Numbered from the whole stretch's first letter, positions 50,619 to 62,719 are shown. The stretch is DNA of 63,870 bases, filler included, from Asterionella formosa (GCA_002256025.1; 11 parts of 11 records of this genome joined end to end with filler, not necessarily neighbours in it), one strand, 5' to 3'. Translations and numbers: made by a program. The notes: generated by a model from the letters alone, not told the origin.

Positions 50619-50993
50619 TTGATGTTGGTTACTCTATATAATATATATACAATAATGATAGTTAGTGGAGGGTAGAGAGTGTTTGGAGTACAATGGTTGA
50701 ACGAGAATGGGACGAGGGGAGCGAAGGTCGAAGTGCACGAAGGTCGGAATGCATGAGCAAAAATGTTGTGGCGTCATTTGATGTAGTATTTAGTGTAAAG
50801 AATCGGTCTTGTTGGCAGCTGATGCTACGATTATTCGAAAAATAAGCAATTCTGCCTGGACCAAAAGCAATGGCATAGAAAGCTCCTGGTACGAGTTAAA
50901 AAATTAGACTGTAAAAATATCTGCCAAAATCGTTTTTAGAGTGTCAAAAGTATAAATGGTATCATGATTCGACTCAACGCATTCTTGAGAAGA

Positions 50994-51253
50994 NNNNNNN
51001 NNNNNNNNNNNNNNNNNNNNNNNNNNNNNNNNNNNNNNNNNNNNNNNNNNNNNNNNNNNNNNNNNNNNNNNNNNNNNNNNNNNNNNNNNNNNNNNNNNNN
51101 NNNNNNNNNNNNNNNNNNNNNNNNNNNNNNNNNNNNNNNNNNNNNNNNNNNNNNNNNNNNNNNNNNNNNNNNNNNNNNNNNNNNNNNNNNNNNNNNNNNN
51201 NNNNNNNNNNNNNNNNNNNNNNNNNNNNNNNNNNNNNNNNNNNNNNNNNNNNN
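50994..51253. other. Genuine intra-scaffold gap (260 N, no stop linker)
   Basis: Plain N run, unlike the 100-nt spacers. Confidence 0.9.
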
Positions 51254-51472
51254 ACTCAGCCAAAACGTTTTTCATCTCATGTTGTAGGAGTGCGTATCAG
51301 TTTGGAAGAGATTGTTGGGTCTGAAGCTGCAACTAATTAATCCATACTTGATCTCTGGTACGAGGTACCAGGTAGTTGTCATTGTCCATTTCACATTGTT
51401 GGCTCGTCTGCTTAATAAAACAGTGCACGCAACGCAACGCAACGATACAAAGACACCACAACTCCACTCATC

Positions 51473-54400
51473 ATGAGCTCCGATGACCTCGATCATCAGC
51501 AGAACTACTACAGTAATGGTGATCAAGCGCAACAACAAGACGCTGCATCAGATCCAGAACGATCACAATTGGAAATCCGTCAATTACTCAAACGCCTAGA
51601 CCCTTCCACGGGAGGTGGGCACAAGGACCGGGTCAGACGACTCAATCACTTTCGAAATTACTGTCGCGTCGACGATGATACTGGGAACACTCCAGAGTTC
51701 TACGATGATGATCTGCCTCTCCTCCTGTTGGGATCAACATTTATGAACACCATGCCCACCTTGCTTGTGGAAAACGACGACTTGGTCGGACAGGAACTCT
51801 ATGGACTACTGCAAGCATGCGGGACGCCATCCAATGATCATGACAATATGCTCAAACGGTCAGCACGGAATGCCATGTCCTTGCTACGATTTCTTGTTCT
51901 AGAATTTAGAGAAATGAGAGATGGTGAACCCCTCGACGGAGATGCGTCGGTGTTGAACCCATTTGCAGAAGCTCTGTGTTCACTCAACAAGCATCAATTA
52001 GCATTGATGAATCTTGAAAGTCACATTGAGGGAGACAAACGTGGAGGTGCCAAGGCGGATGCCTGTTCTATTATTGTTTTGTGCTGTAGTCGCCATTTGG
52101 CAGAGGATGGAGTAACAACACGGCCCTTGCCTTTGGAAGAATTGCTTCCTACACCAAGAGCTCGGAAGGGATTTGAGCAGTGGCTACACAACGGAGCAAC
52201 AGCGGAGGAACGAGCAGCCATGAAGAAGATGGAAAGCATGTCGTCAAAAGCGGCAGTGAAAGATCATGGCAATGACTTGGAAGACGATGACGGTGAGGAT
52301 GAGGACGAAGGCGATGATGATAATGTAGACGACGAAGCAAGCGATACTGACGCCGATGATGGCATGCAACAGAATAAATCATCTAAAAAGGGAAAGAAGA
52401 AAAAGAGTCAACGGGGACCTGCCGTGCGTTGGGTGGACTGTGAGTTGTATAGAGAATTGCAGGCCAAGGCAATTCTGGATTCACAGGGCAAGACTAGCTC
52501 TGTCAGAGATTCACAGGAAGCCATGGCCGAGCGACAACGTATGGAAGAGGAAAAGGCTAAGCTCTTGCAAAAAGATCCTCTTGGTATTAGAGTGGACAGT
52601 GATTTGGATTTGATGGAGATTGAGGCGCGTAAAACGGATTTGTTGGAAACGGCATTGAAGGAAATCGACGATGAGCTTAATGAAATTGAACATGAGCAGG
52701 AAAAGAATCACACGACTGAAAAGGAAGTGCTTGAAGAAGTTAGTCAACGCATCCGGACTTTGGATGCTCAGAAGGAGTCCTTGGAGAGGATCTTGGATAG
52801 TATCACTTCCCATGTCAATAATCGGGGTGTTGATGATGTTACCGAGCGCAGTATCTTACCAACAGACGATAATTTTGACCCCATTCTCTTTTTAACCTTG
52901 GTACACCGAAATGCCCCCTATGAAGTTTTGAATGAATCCATGGTTCAACTATCCAATAAGACAGACAATCAAGTACAACAATTGCAAAATCTGGTTAGAG
53001 ACAACTTTGCCCTCTTTGTTCGCTGTGCTGACGGCATTGACGTCTTTAATGATGCTGGCGGAGATGGTATTGACGAACGCATGGACTCCTTGGAGGGCCT
53101 CGCTTTGGTGGCAAGTGAACAATCCCGCAAATCTTTCAAGCCATTGCTAGACAATACGAATGAAGTTCGCAAAGTACAGTCTGCCCTAGCCGTGTTGGGA
53201 CGTGTTACCAACATTCTCATGGCGCCTCACATGATGCGACAACACTTAGAGAATGGACGCTTTAGTGAAGCACTGAAGGCATACCGTCTTGTCTTGCTCA
53301 TTGAAGATCACTGCAACATTAATCTTTTGAATCATGTCAAGCGCAAGGCATCAGAAGTTGCTCGTGAAGCTCAACGTGATCTAGAAAAGCGATTGAGTGA
53401 AGATAAGGTTTCGTTGACGTCCTTATTAGATGGAATTAAAGATTTATCGGAATTGCTTGAACTGGATATTCCTGACGATCCCAACAAAATCGACTCGTCA
53501 TCTGTAACGATTGGAATGGAAACAATCAATGTTCGCTACCACCCCCCGGCCTTAGCGTGCCTGTTGTTGCAGGCAGCTCACTTCAAGGCAATGGTCCAAA
53601 AGACAATTGAACAAGCTGAATTGCAAGCGTTTCGTATTTACGAAGGAGAATTGTTGACGACTGCTGACCGTGGTGGAGACTCGGAAAGTGTAGCCTTAGA
53701 TGGTACGACTGTCGGCGCCAATGATGGAAGCGAGGTCGGTGAGGGCAGTAAGGAAAAGTCAGCCAAAGCAGGGAATCAATGGAAATACGATGTCTTGGAT
53801 GGGCGCGTGGTTGCCACAATTCGAGCTGTCGAGTTGATTCGCACTTGGTTGCCTCGGTTACTCAACATTGGGACTGCTGCTCGTGAGGACGAGAAGCGGC
53901 GTGCAGCTCGAGGTGGTCGTCGCCGATATGGCAAAATTCTGTCGCCCTCCAAGCTTGGTAAAGAGGACGAACATTTGAGTGCATTTGAAGTATTTTTGTC
54001 GAATGTCAACCCAGACGTTACTAAACTGGTCGACCATGCAACTTTTTGTGCATTGGGTTCCACCTCCCGTGGAACTGGTGCAAGAGAGGTCAAAATGTCG
54101 TTTGGACAGAATGCTCCAGACAAGCTCCGGACCCTTTTGAAATCACCACTTCCTCCTACGCAATCTAGCAAGTGCGCTCGTGAGTTGGCTGATTTAGTTC
54201 AGGTTATAAGCGAGGGCTCGACCCAAGCCAATGGTTTGAAGCCTACTGAGAAAGACTCTGTGTTTGACTACACCTTGTCGCCTCTAGACGAGTGCAAGCA
54301 ACTTGCTGAAGAAGCTGTCGTCACTGTCGAGCGTCGTCGCTGCAAATTTGCATTTTACCACCTTGTCGGAAGAATTAACTCGACCAGATGAATGCGCCAG

Positions 54401-55172
54401 TGAAATAGAAAAGGGGTGCGAGTTGGTGGTCCGTCGGTGTTGTGAGAGTTTGGCGTCCTATGTCCGTGATCGTGGAGATTCAGCTCGCCTACGAGCTGTT
54501 GCCGAGTGCGCCGATGCTTTGACGGGAAGTCTACGTGATGTCATCCGAGAGGTTGATTATATGGGAGGCAGCTCGGCTAGTGTGGAAGAGGTGATGGAAG
54601 AGGATGTTACTGGTTTGGAGGGAGCCATGTTTGATGAATATCTTCATAATGTTCGTCAGAATGTCGCTGGATGCTGCAAGATTGGCTGGTTAGATATTGA
54701 CGACAGAGACACCAGGGCCGAGGCCGATATTGGTGCTCCGTCTACATTCCCGGCTTATCTATCGGCTTCTTTGCTGGCCATTGTCCGTTGTCGTGCTCAA
54801 GTTGAACGGGCCTTAGCTGACAAAGTACGTCGATCTGAGGGTGTTTCCTACCAATATTTAGCCATGGCTACGGCCGCGGATGGTGTTGTTGATGGCATTT
54901 GCGTTGAAGTCAGGCAACGCAAGGCAAAGCTCAAGGTTCGTCAGGCTGATCGATTGGCTAATGAAATGCAGTTCTTGATGAACACGTTGAAGAACTATTT
55001 GAGTGATGAGACATTGTCCTTAATGGATCAGACGCGCCGTACTCTCTGTCATCGTGCTGGTCGTGACGGCGGCATTCATGGCGAAGGACCTGATGGTCTG
55101 GCAGCGTTGGAGGATTTAGAACGATTGGGACGTGTTTACTTGTTAGCACTACTTTCCCACTCATACGAGTAG
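51473..55172 (+). CDS. EXOC2: Exocyst complex component Sec5/EXOC2, with a frame break near 54342-54387
   Basis: DPLG, SILPTDDNFDPILFLTLVH..L..LSN...QLQNLVRDNFALFVRCADGID and FKPLLD. Two overlapping ORFs (51473-54391, 54303-55172) are joined by a +1 shift. Confidence 0.85.
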
Positions 55173-57377
55173 GTTGCTTTCATGGGATTNNNNNNNNNNN
55201 NNNNNNNNNNNNNNNNNNNNNNNNNNNNNNNNNTTAATTAATTAANNNNNNNNNNNNNNNNNNNNNNNNNNNNNNNNNNNNNNNNNNNNTACAATATACC
55301 AGTAGTCAGGTTTACCCAATAAAATAAGAATAGCAGATTATTCAAATACTGGACACTCCAGATTCCAGCTTGCCTTGTTCAGAGGAGGATGATAAAATTT
55401 AAGGTACATACTAGGTCATCTCTGAGGACAAGTGCCCTCCTCACCACCGGGCGTCATCTGATAATAATAAAATATTATTTCAGATTTGCATTATGGAATA
55501 ATTTATTTTTGTCATTTGATATATAGGTTGTAGAATTGTTGAGTAAATCAACAGAATAATACCGACATGGTCAATGTGCTTTTAAGGTGGGTTGCGGCTC
55601 CGTAGTTACACATTGCGAGTTTTGCACTTTCCCAAAATCTTTTTATGATGTACCTCAATCCAAACATTATGTACAACAAAATAAAATAGTTAAAAGTAAA
55701 ATAAATTTCACCAAGCAATGATAGAACCACTTTGCATATCATGCTTAGATTCAGTCATTGCTCGACTTAGGGGTTTGTTCTATATTCAGATATGGTAAGG
55801 ACCTCATTTCTTGAGGGAAGTGGCAGTTATCCCTCTAGGAATCGTAAATAGTCAAAAAAGGGGCAACGAAGCATTCTAAAATATACACGAGGTACAACTG
55901 CCACTTCTCTCCAGAAGTTAATCCTTGACGTTATATGTATCACGGCTGTATACTTTAACCTTCATAAAAGCCAACAGATGTAGAGCAATCCTCTTCCGAA
56001 AAGTCGACCCAATCGGATTTTTCAGCAGTCGCCAATTTTTACGTGCGAAAACGTTCTCGTAGACATGGGAGTCTTGCGTAGGTATATATTCCTGCGTAAT
56101 TCTGTCCGAAAAGACTCCATGGTAAGTTCCCGCATTACAACACATATTCTGATTGGCTAAATAAAAATTACTCACCTGCTCCAAATTGGCTGGAGTCTCC
56201 CGATCTTGTAAAATCACGCTAGCCACCCATACTTGAACCACATGTATTAGATGTACTGTATACTGCTGGTACCGGTACTAGTTTTCCCATCTTCATGAAC
56301 CAATATTACATATCGATACTACGCACTGATTGACTGGTATATAGATGCTTTTGGGCGCAGAAAATTTAATCTACATCCAGCAACGTTGATTCAATATGAG
56401 GATATAAATATCATTTCTTTTGTCGTTTGAACAAGACCCATGATTTTACTACCAGCATACTACTGATTAATATATCTGTTTTGGCATGGAGTAATATACG
56501 ATCTAAATACACCAACGAAGATATAATATAATCGTGTAAATATCATGTTTGTTTGTTTGCAATGGAACTCTACCAATCTGGCACCGATTTCTATTCAATT
56601 TAATTATTCGAACGGACACTCTAATCATGGGAATACACAGCAATGAAATCCCTCTTCCATGCCGATTTTCCAACCCTAGCGATTTCTTGCTCCAAACTAG
56701 GTTAAGCCGGGGCCACAACCTTAACAAGGGTTTTAAGGCGTAAAATATTATATACAGTAGCTAGGGTCAGGGGTTTCGCTAATACAATGCCAACGGGGTC
56801 TACCTGGTGGCCCAAGAAATTGCACCCAGCCATTTATACTATATGCATAATTTCAGGCACAAAGATAGAAGATTTATTGATAGTGAGGCTCAGCAAAAAA
56901 TTAAAATTTTTAGAACAGGCAAAATGTGCGTCTGCTGCATCAAAGTGAGCAGCCGAAACGGGACAAAAATCAATTCAAGCTTATTTTGCTTCAAAATTAC
57001 AGGAAAAACAAAAGACACAACAGCAGGAAGTGTGGCAAAAAAGGGAGTTCTTTCACCCAAACAACCCTAAATTTCCAATTCTCCAAATCATATGATGAGG
57101 AGTGTAGCCCAAGAGAATCGCTTTTTACCAATTCTTCCACATGAGGAAGTGATACATAACCCTAAAACCCTCCACTGCCCACCTTCTATGGGCCGTGGAG
57201 TGCAACAATTGCACATCTAGAAATAGACTTGTACTAAGAATGTGCTATAAAAATGATAAATATACATGCATAATTTCATCATCATCGGTGGCACCACTGT
57301 GAGAAGGTCACTCTACGAGTGCCATCCCAGCCAAGTGCACATGTATAGAAGAAGGCAAGTAGCCACTGAGAAGAGTA

Positions 57378-57573
57378 TTGCTGAAGGCAATACACGCCCA
57401 AGGTGGTCTCATGCCTGCGAGTATACATGTGTGTGTTCGAGACTGGGTGGTGAAAGTAGGTTGATGCAAGACAGTCACCCTACAAGTGCCATCCCAGCCG
57501 AGTCCACATGGGTACGAGAAAGTGTACTCGCAGTCATGAAACCACCCCGGGCGTGTGTTGCCTTCACCAGCAA
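57378..57573. repeat. Fold-back (long inverted repeat) element
   Basis: 57378-57426 is the reverse complement of 57522-57573; the inner arms are degenerate; 57309-57345 is a direct repeat of 57477-57512. Confidence 0.75.
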
Positions 57574-58097
57574 GAAATATGAAAAGGATATGCATGCTCT
57601 CAAAATAGGAACTACATGATATTCATACCGGTATTACCCTGGTACCAGGTAACACACACTGTGTGTTGTACATACATACATGTATACACACATACACAGA
57701 TGCATACATGCATACCGGTATTATATCGACATCAGGCAGTCGACAAGAACAGAAGAATGAGGCGTTATTTCCAATCCGATAGAAGAGCTGTAGGTAGTTT
57801 CGTACCAGGGTACCTGTGTCGACGCTTACCCAGGTCCTGAAAAGCAACGGCGTTTGACAGAAATTTTTTTATTTATTTCACAGCACTTCGATCACTCCTC
57901 TACCGGTAACTGGTACCTGGTGCTAGATACCAGTACCGGTATCTGTGTGTTGTGCACCATACTATTTTAACGTTGTTTATTCCATCCTCCCCGATACCGG
58001 TACCTGGTACCTGGTAGATCAATTCTCGGTCGTCACGGTCACTTCCCTCGCGGTCGTATCAGCAGTGATCAACACCACCAACTAGTTCATACAAACC

Positions 58098-59204
58098 ATG
58101 CACGAAATCAGGAGCACCAGTCAAGCACAACATTTGACAAATACCAAGACGCTGTGCTTCGACGAAAACGCTGAAAATCGACAGGGAGCCAGTCGATTTG
58201 AAACAATGTCGACGATGGATAGTCTAGAATCAAATTCCGGCGAAGCTGACCAATCCATGGCCACTAGTTTCTCCTTGACGCCATTGAACGTTGAACGATT
58301 GTCGCCGTCGTCTTCGTCTCCAAACCCCATTCAACGTGTCCTGGGTGAGGTGGGACATCACTTGAAGAAGTGGCAACGAGCTTTTCTGAAAAAGGCCCTC
58401 TCGAGGCGCCTTCACATGCTCCAACAAATAAAGCTCGAAGCCGAACGCAGCAAGTCGCCGGAAGCGAAAATGAAACGAAAAAAATCGAGAGAATGCATGG
58501 GTGACATGGGGGCAGCCTTGTTCCATCCATTGAACTATGATGATGAACAGCATGTCGACGAGCAACGCGGTGACGACGAGGACGACCACGGGACTCGCCT
58601 GACCACTGCATCGGTGGATGAACTAGCTGCTGCTGACATGCACAATGTCCAGGTCATGCCCACCCATGATGACATACCCTTCCTACTCTCCATATCCAGT
58701 ATGAATATGATTGTCAACAGCCTACCCTGGACTTTGCATTCGCGAAAGTGGGTTCGACTGTATTCGTGCCTGAAGGATGGTGACTCTTTCCCTGCTTTCT
58801 TGTATCATGTTCGTGGACACACACGTAATCTGTTGGTATTGGAAACTTCCAAAGGTGAAGTGTTTGGTGGATTTGCTGATGCTCCTTGGGAACAGGGAAC
58901 GTTGGCCATGGATGGATGTTTTTTTGGATCTGGACAGTCATTTTTGTATTCTGTAATGGAGGACGGGACTGTTCAAACTCACAGATGGACAGCGTTAAAT
59001 GACTACAGCCAATTTTGTCGAACAGGGTCTGTTGGTATGGGTGGTGGAGGAGGTCATGGAGCTTTTGGATTGCTCCTGCATGATCAGTTTACACGAGGGT
59101 CGTCTGGGCCATGTGAAACTTTCGGCACCAAAGCCTCCCTATGCAGCCAGGAGCATTTTGATATTGTCGAATTTCAAGTCTTTGGTTTTTTGCAAAGCCA
59201 CTAA
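58098..59204 (+). CDS. TLDc-domain protein (OXR1/NCOA7-like)
   Basis: WVRLYSCLKDGDSF, LLVLETSKGEVFGGF, FFGSGQSFLY, MGGGGG..FGLLL and GSSGPCETF. Confidence 0.92.
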   Translation: MHEIRSTSQAQHLTNTKTLCFDENAENRQGASRFETMSTMDSLESNSGEADQSMATSFSLTPLNVERLSPSSSSPNPIQRVLGEVGHHLKKWQRAFLKKALSRRLHMLQQIKLEAERSKSPEAKMKRKKSRECMGDMGAALFHPLNYDDEQHVDEQRGDDEDDHGTRLTTASVDELAAADMHNVQVMPTHDDIPFLLSISSMNMIVNSLPWTLHSRKWVRLYSCLKDGDSFPAFLYHVRGHTRNLLVLETSKGEVFGGFADAPWEQGTLAMDGCFFGSGQSFLYSVMEDGTVQTHRWTALNDYSQFCRTGSVGMGGGGGHGAFGLLLHDQFTRGSSGPCETFGTKASLCSQEHFDIVEFQVFGFLQSH

Positions 59205-59565
59205 AGAGATGAAGCTGGGTAGTTTTAAACTCACGATACTAGTTTACGATTTGTGTGAAGAATTCAAAATTTAGTGTTGAGCATAGAAATTCAGATTGTC
59301 ACTTTGATAACCTTTACACTCAAATAAAGTGAGCTTATCGATTAATCGCAACTGGCATGATACGAACTTCTTATTTACAGCAGTGGTATAATAAGTGAGG
59401 ATCATCATGTGTACGCCTCGCCACCTCTTTACAAAGGCATCGTACCAACAACCTCAAGGAAGCCTTTCTGAGTGTATAGAGGATTTCTTACACATAGCTA
59501 AACCAATTAAATGCATATCGTGGAAAGTTAATTTAGAATTTTTACGCACTTTCAACCTTTTGAAG

Positions 59566-59638
59566 AGATAAGGAGACGTTTTCAGGTTCAGCTAATGCAT
59601 AAAGATGTATGTGAATCCGTCATTCAAGTCCCTCATCC
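59566..59638 (-). promoter_or_regulatory. Candidate SECIS element in the 3' UTR of the SelU gene
   Basis: Minus strand: helix I GGAUGAGGGAC / GUCUC(C)UUAUCU; core AUGAC / UGAA; helix II GG(A)UUCA / UGAACC. Starts ~42 nt after the stop codon; the apical AA is not evident. Confidence 0.55.
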
Positions 59639-59680
59639 GATCTTTTCTCGTTACAGGTTAGAATCTGCGCTCTCAAACGA

Positions 59681-60515
59681 CTACATGCCACGCTTAACAG
59701 CTTCAACAGCAGCAAGGATATCCTCCAAGGGAATCTCTTCTCCAGTTTCTTCGGCATAAGCATATTTTGCTTTCTTGTCTTTGCCAAAAATAATTACTCC
59801 ACCCTTGGTCAATCCCTCGCCAATGAGGTTGCCTTCGATATTCTTGGTCTTGAGACGTTTACCAATGCCTCGGACATAAAAAAATCCCTTTAAAAGGGTC
59901 CATGGATTCCAGGGCAAACTCAGCTTCCGATTCCCAAGGGCTTTGTAATAGTCAAGATTAACATCCTTGTACAGCGGAAAAGAAAAAAATGAAGTAAAAT
60001 CAAAAAGGCCTTGGTCGTCGACACCTGTCTCTTTAACTATTCCAAACAGCCCAAAGCCAGCGAGTGGCAGGTCTGGATTTGCCGCGAGCTCAGAAAGTGC
60101 TAATCCTTCCTCGCGGCACAGCACTCACCCTGGGCGGCGCACAACAAAGCAAAGGGAACCGTACTCTCCCATGTGCCTGTCAATCATTTCAGCCGATACC
60201 ATTTCAGAAAATTCCTTTAGTACCTGAGATCCTGAGACAGGATCAGTGTGAAACTCAAATGGAACCATCTGAAAGATTGTGAAAAGCAAAAGAGAAACAG
60301 AATGAGTCCAGATCTGCATACACTTCAAAGATTAACAAAATGTCGAATTGTCAGGCACCTACAGATGATTTCTGAAGGTTGGCCGACTTCATGGATGCGC
60401 TAAGAAGCATTCGTTCAGGAACAGAAGCACATGTTCCACTTGCTAGAGCGGAAGCAGCAGAGGCCACCGATGCGGCAACAGCTGCTGTCACAATCTTTCG
60501 ATTGCAATTCGCCAT
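59681..60515 (-). CDS. SelU: Selenoprotein U / peroxiredoxin-like 2 (AhpC-TSA_2) protein with in-frame UGA (Sec), 2 exons, ~246 aa
   Basis: Exon1 60515-60363, intron 60362-60269 (GTAGGT..TTTCAG), exon2 60268-59681. CFVVRRPG-TGA-VLCREE is in one frame, followed by GIVKET, FPLYKD..YYKALG and GNLIGEGLTKGGVIIF..YAYAEETG. Confidence 0.88.
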
Positions 60516-61422
60516 GGTAGACGGAGTATTTTGTAAAGGGAGGAAATAAATAGCAAAAATAATATCTATAATAGTAAGATAGGCAGTGGTAGCACATAAA
60601 GATCATACAAAAAAAATTACATAAATAGATCAAATGTAAATGTCGCTGTCTGTGAATAGAAGAATACCGGTAGGAAGTAACCTACCGAGTCCTGCGTGAT
60701 CATTAGGGTCGAGCTGTCGAGGTTGTATCGTATGTATAACATATGTACATACCGGTACGATACCTCCTGTGAAAAGCAATAATATAATACCGGTGCTACC
60801 GGTAGTGTGCTGTGCCATGTTGTTGTACGAGCTATGTACTACCTGGAACAATGAATTTGACCTTGTTACGATACCGGCATACTCGGTACACTTGGTTGTT
60901 CTGTTATTTAGATTAATTAATTGCATATGTTTTGAGGTAGTACAGGTGCATGTCATAGTAGATTATATATCCTCGTAGCTCGTAGTCTACTGTATCTGGT
61001 TCTACCAGGGTACAGTACAATGGTAGCAGGTAACAGTAGTACATATGAAGTGATGGTTTGCCGTGTACTGTGCGTGGTACTCCGTACCAGTGCTCATTAT
61101 TTATTACATCGTCATTTAAAATATTTAACAATTAGTCAGCAGCGCAGAATTTGAATTCTACATAAGATTATTTATAGTAAGAATACCGGTACCATGTAGT
61201 CTACCAGGATACTTGGTACTCCTCCCTATGTCCGACCCCATCGACTACCGGTATCATGATTACATAAATTAAACCTGATTTAGGTACCTGGTACCTGGTA
61301 CAAAGTACAAGGTACTCCCTCCNNNNNNNNNNNNNNNNNNNNNNNNNNNNNNNNNNNNNNNNNNNNTTAATTAATTAANNNNNNNNNNNNNNNNNNNNNN
61401 NNNNNNNNNNNNNNNNNNNNNN

Positions 61423-62137
61423 ACAAGACAAGAAAATTACAAAACCAGAATCACTCTGTTAATATGATACATAGACAGTCTCTCGCTTCTTTGTGCATAT
61501 CGCCTGCTATGCTGCATTTCAATTCTAGATGTATTATGTTCTCATTAGAGAGATGATGTTACATAGAAGTAGATTGTGGTGTTGTATAATGGATGTAGTT
61601 TATGATTGAAGTTGTAACACTGATCGATGCTCCAGTGACAGACCGGCCGGAAATATTCGTGTTGTGTGATGAGCCATTTCGTTTTCATTGGATTTCTTTT
61701 CAAGCTTTTAACGGATTGCATACAAACTTACTTTGCAATCTAGATGATGATTAATTGAAGACTTATGATGACTTGAACAACAAATGAAGATTTTATCACA
61801 CACACTCATTCCTCTCGACATGGCTGTTTTGTCGTTGTTGCAAGAATCGGAGTGAGGACTTGAGAGGATGATGAACCTCAGCTGGTACATTGGTACTATC
61901 CTGCCTACTACCAATGGCTGGTACATTACTATCCTACCAAGAAATTTAAATAAAGGAACCTACTAGAAACTAAACATAAAATAATTAAGCATACAGTGTA
62001 GTCAAAAGGGTTACTATTTAAATATCGAGCGCATTTATTAAAATTATTAGATGATAGAACGAAAAATTATGATCAGATGATCACATTCCTATGATGCATC
62101 ATACTACTAGGAATATGATGGTTTTTATTTGCAGACG
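61423..62137 (-). mobile_element. Unclassified TIR DNA transposon, copy 3 (left arm, inverted, cut by contig edge)
   Basis: Reverse complement of ~6333-7020; terminus ATGATGGTTTTTATTTGCAGACG. Confidence 0.85.
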
Positions 62138-62691
62138 TTCTAATATGACTCTTTTTGAATTCAAAGTGAAGTATCTAGCAAACTAGAAGAAGATATATTT
62201 GTTTAATTTTTCATGAGCTTACTAGCTAATCTTGACGTATAAGTTGTTCTCTTAACTGACATCAAAAAATAAAATAAGTTTTTGTCGAGTGCTCTCAATT
62301 TTGAGTTCTGATGTATGGGATATAACCCCAACCCTATATACATCTGTATTATACGCAGGATCGCTCACCAGGTGGTACCAGTACCTAGTACCAACATGAT
62401 AACGGTACCAGAGTACGTAATTTTATGTAATGATAGGTGAAACTAAAATACTGGTACAAATTATACGTACAATATATCATAGCGAAATACATACCCACCA
62501 TTCAATTTTGTACTTTCGTGGTTGTACTGTACAGTCCTTTTATAACACGTTTAACGATACTTTCAATGTAAAGGCAGCTAAATTTGTACATTTTCTAAGA
62601 ATTTTTTGGGTTGGTGTCTGTTGATATTTATTTTGCTGTTCGATCAGGAAACGCAGCCCCTACGTCCCGGTAGTAATCCATAAATTTTGGT

Positions 62692-62719
62692 GGGTTAGGG
62701 TTAGGGTTAGGGCTAGGGT
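62692..62719 (+). repeat. Interstitial telomere-like (TTAGGG)n tract
   Basis: gggttagggttagggttagggctagggt; a shorter tract ttagggttagggtcaggg lies at ~32906-32923. Confidence 0.75.

Noticed and set aside
60122..60128. GTGAGT as a real splice donor removing the UGA
   Set aside because: Splicing would delete the conserved xxCRE active-site residues that follow in frame. Sec decoding is more parsimonious, although RNA data are needed.
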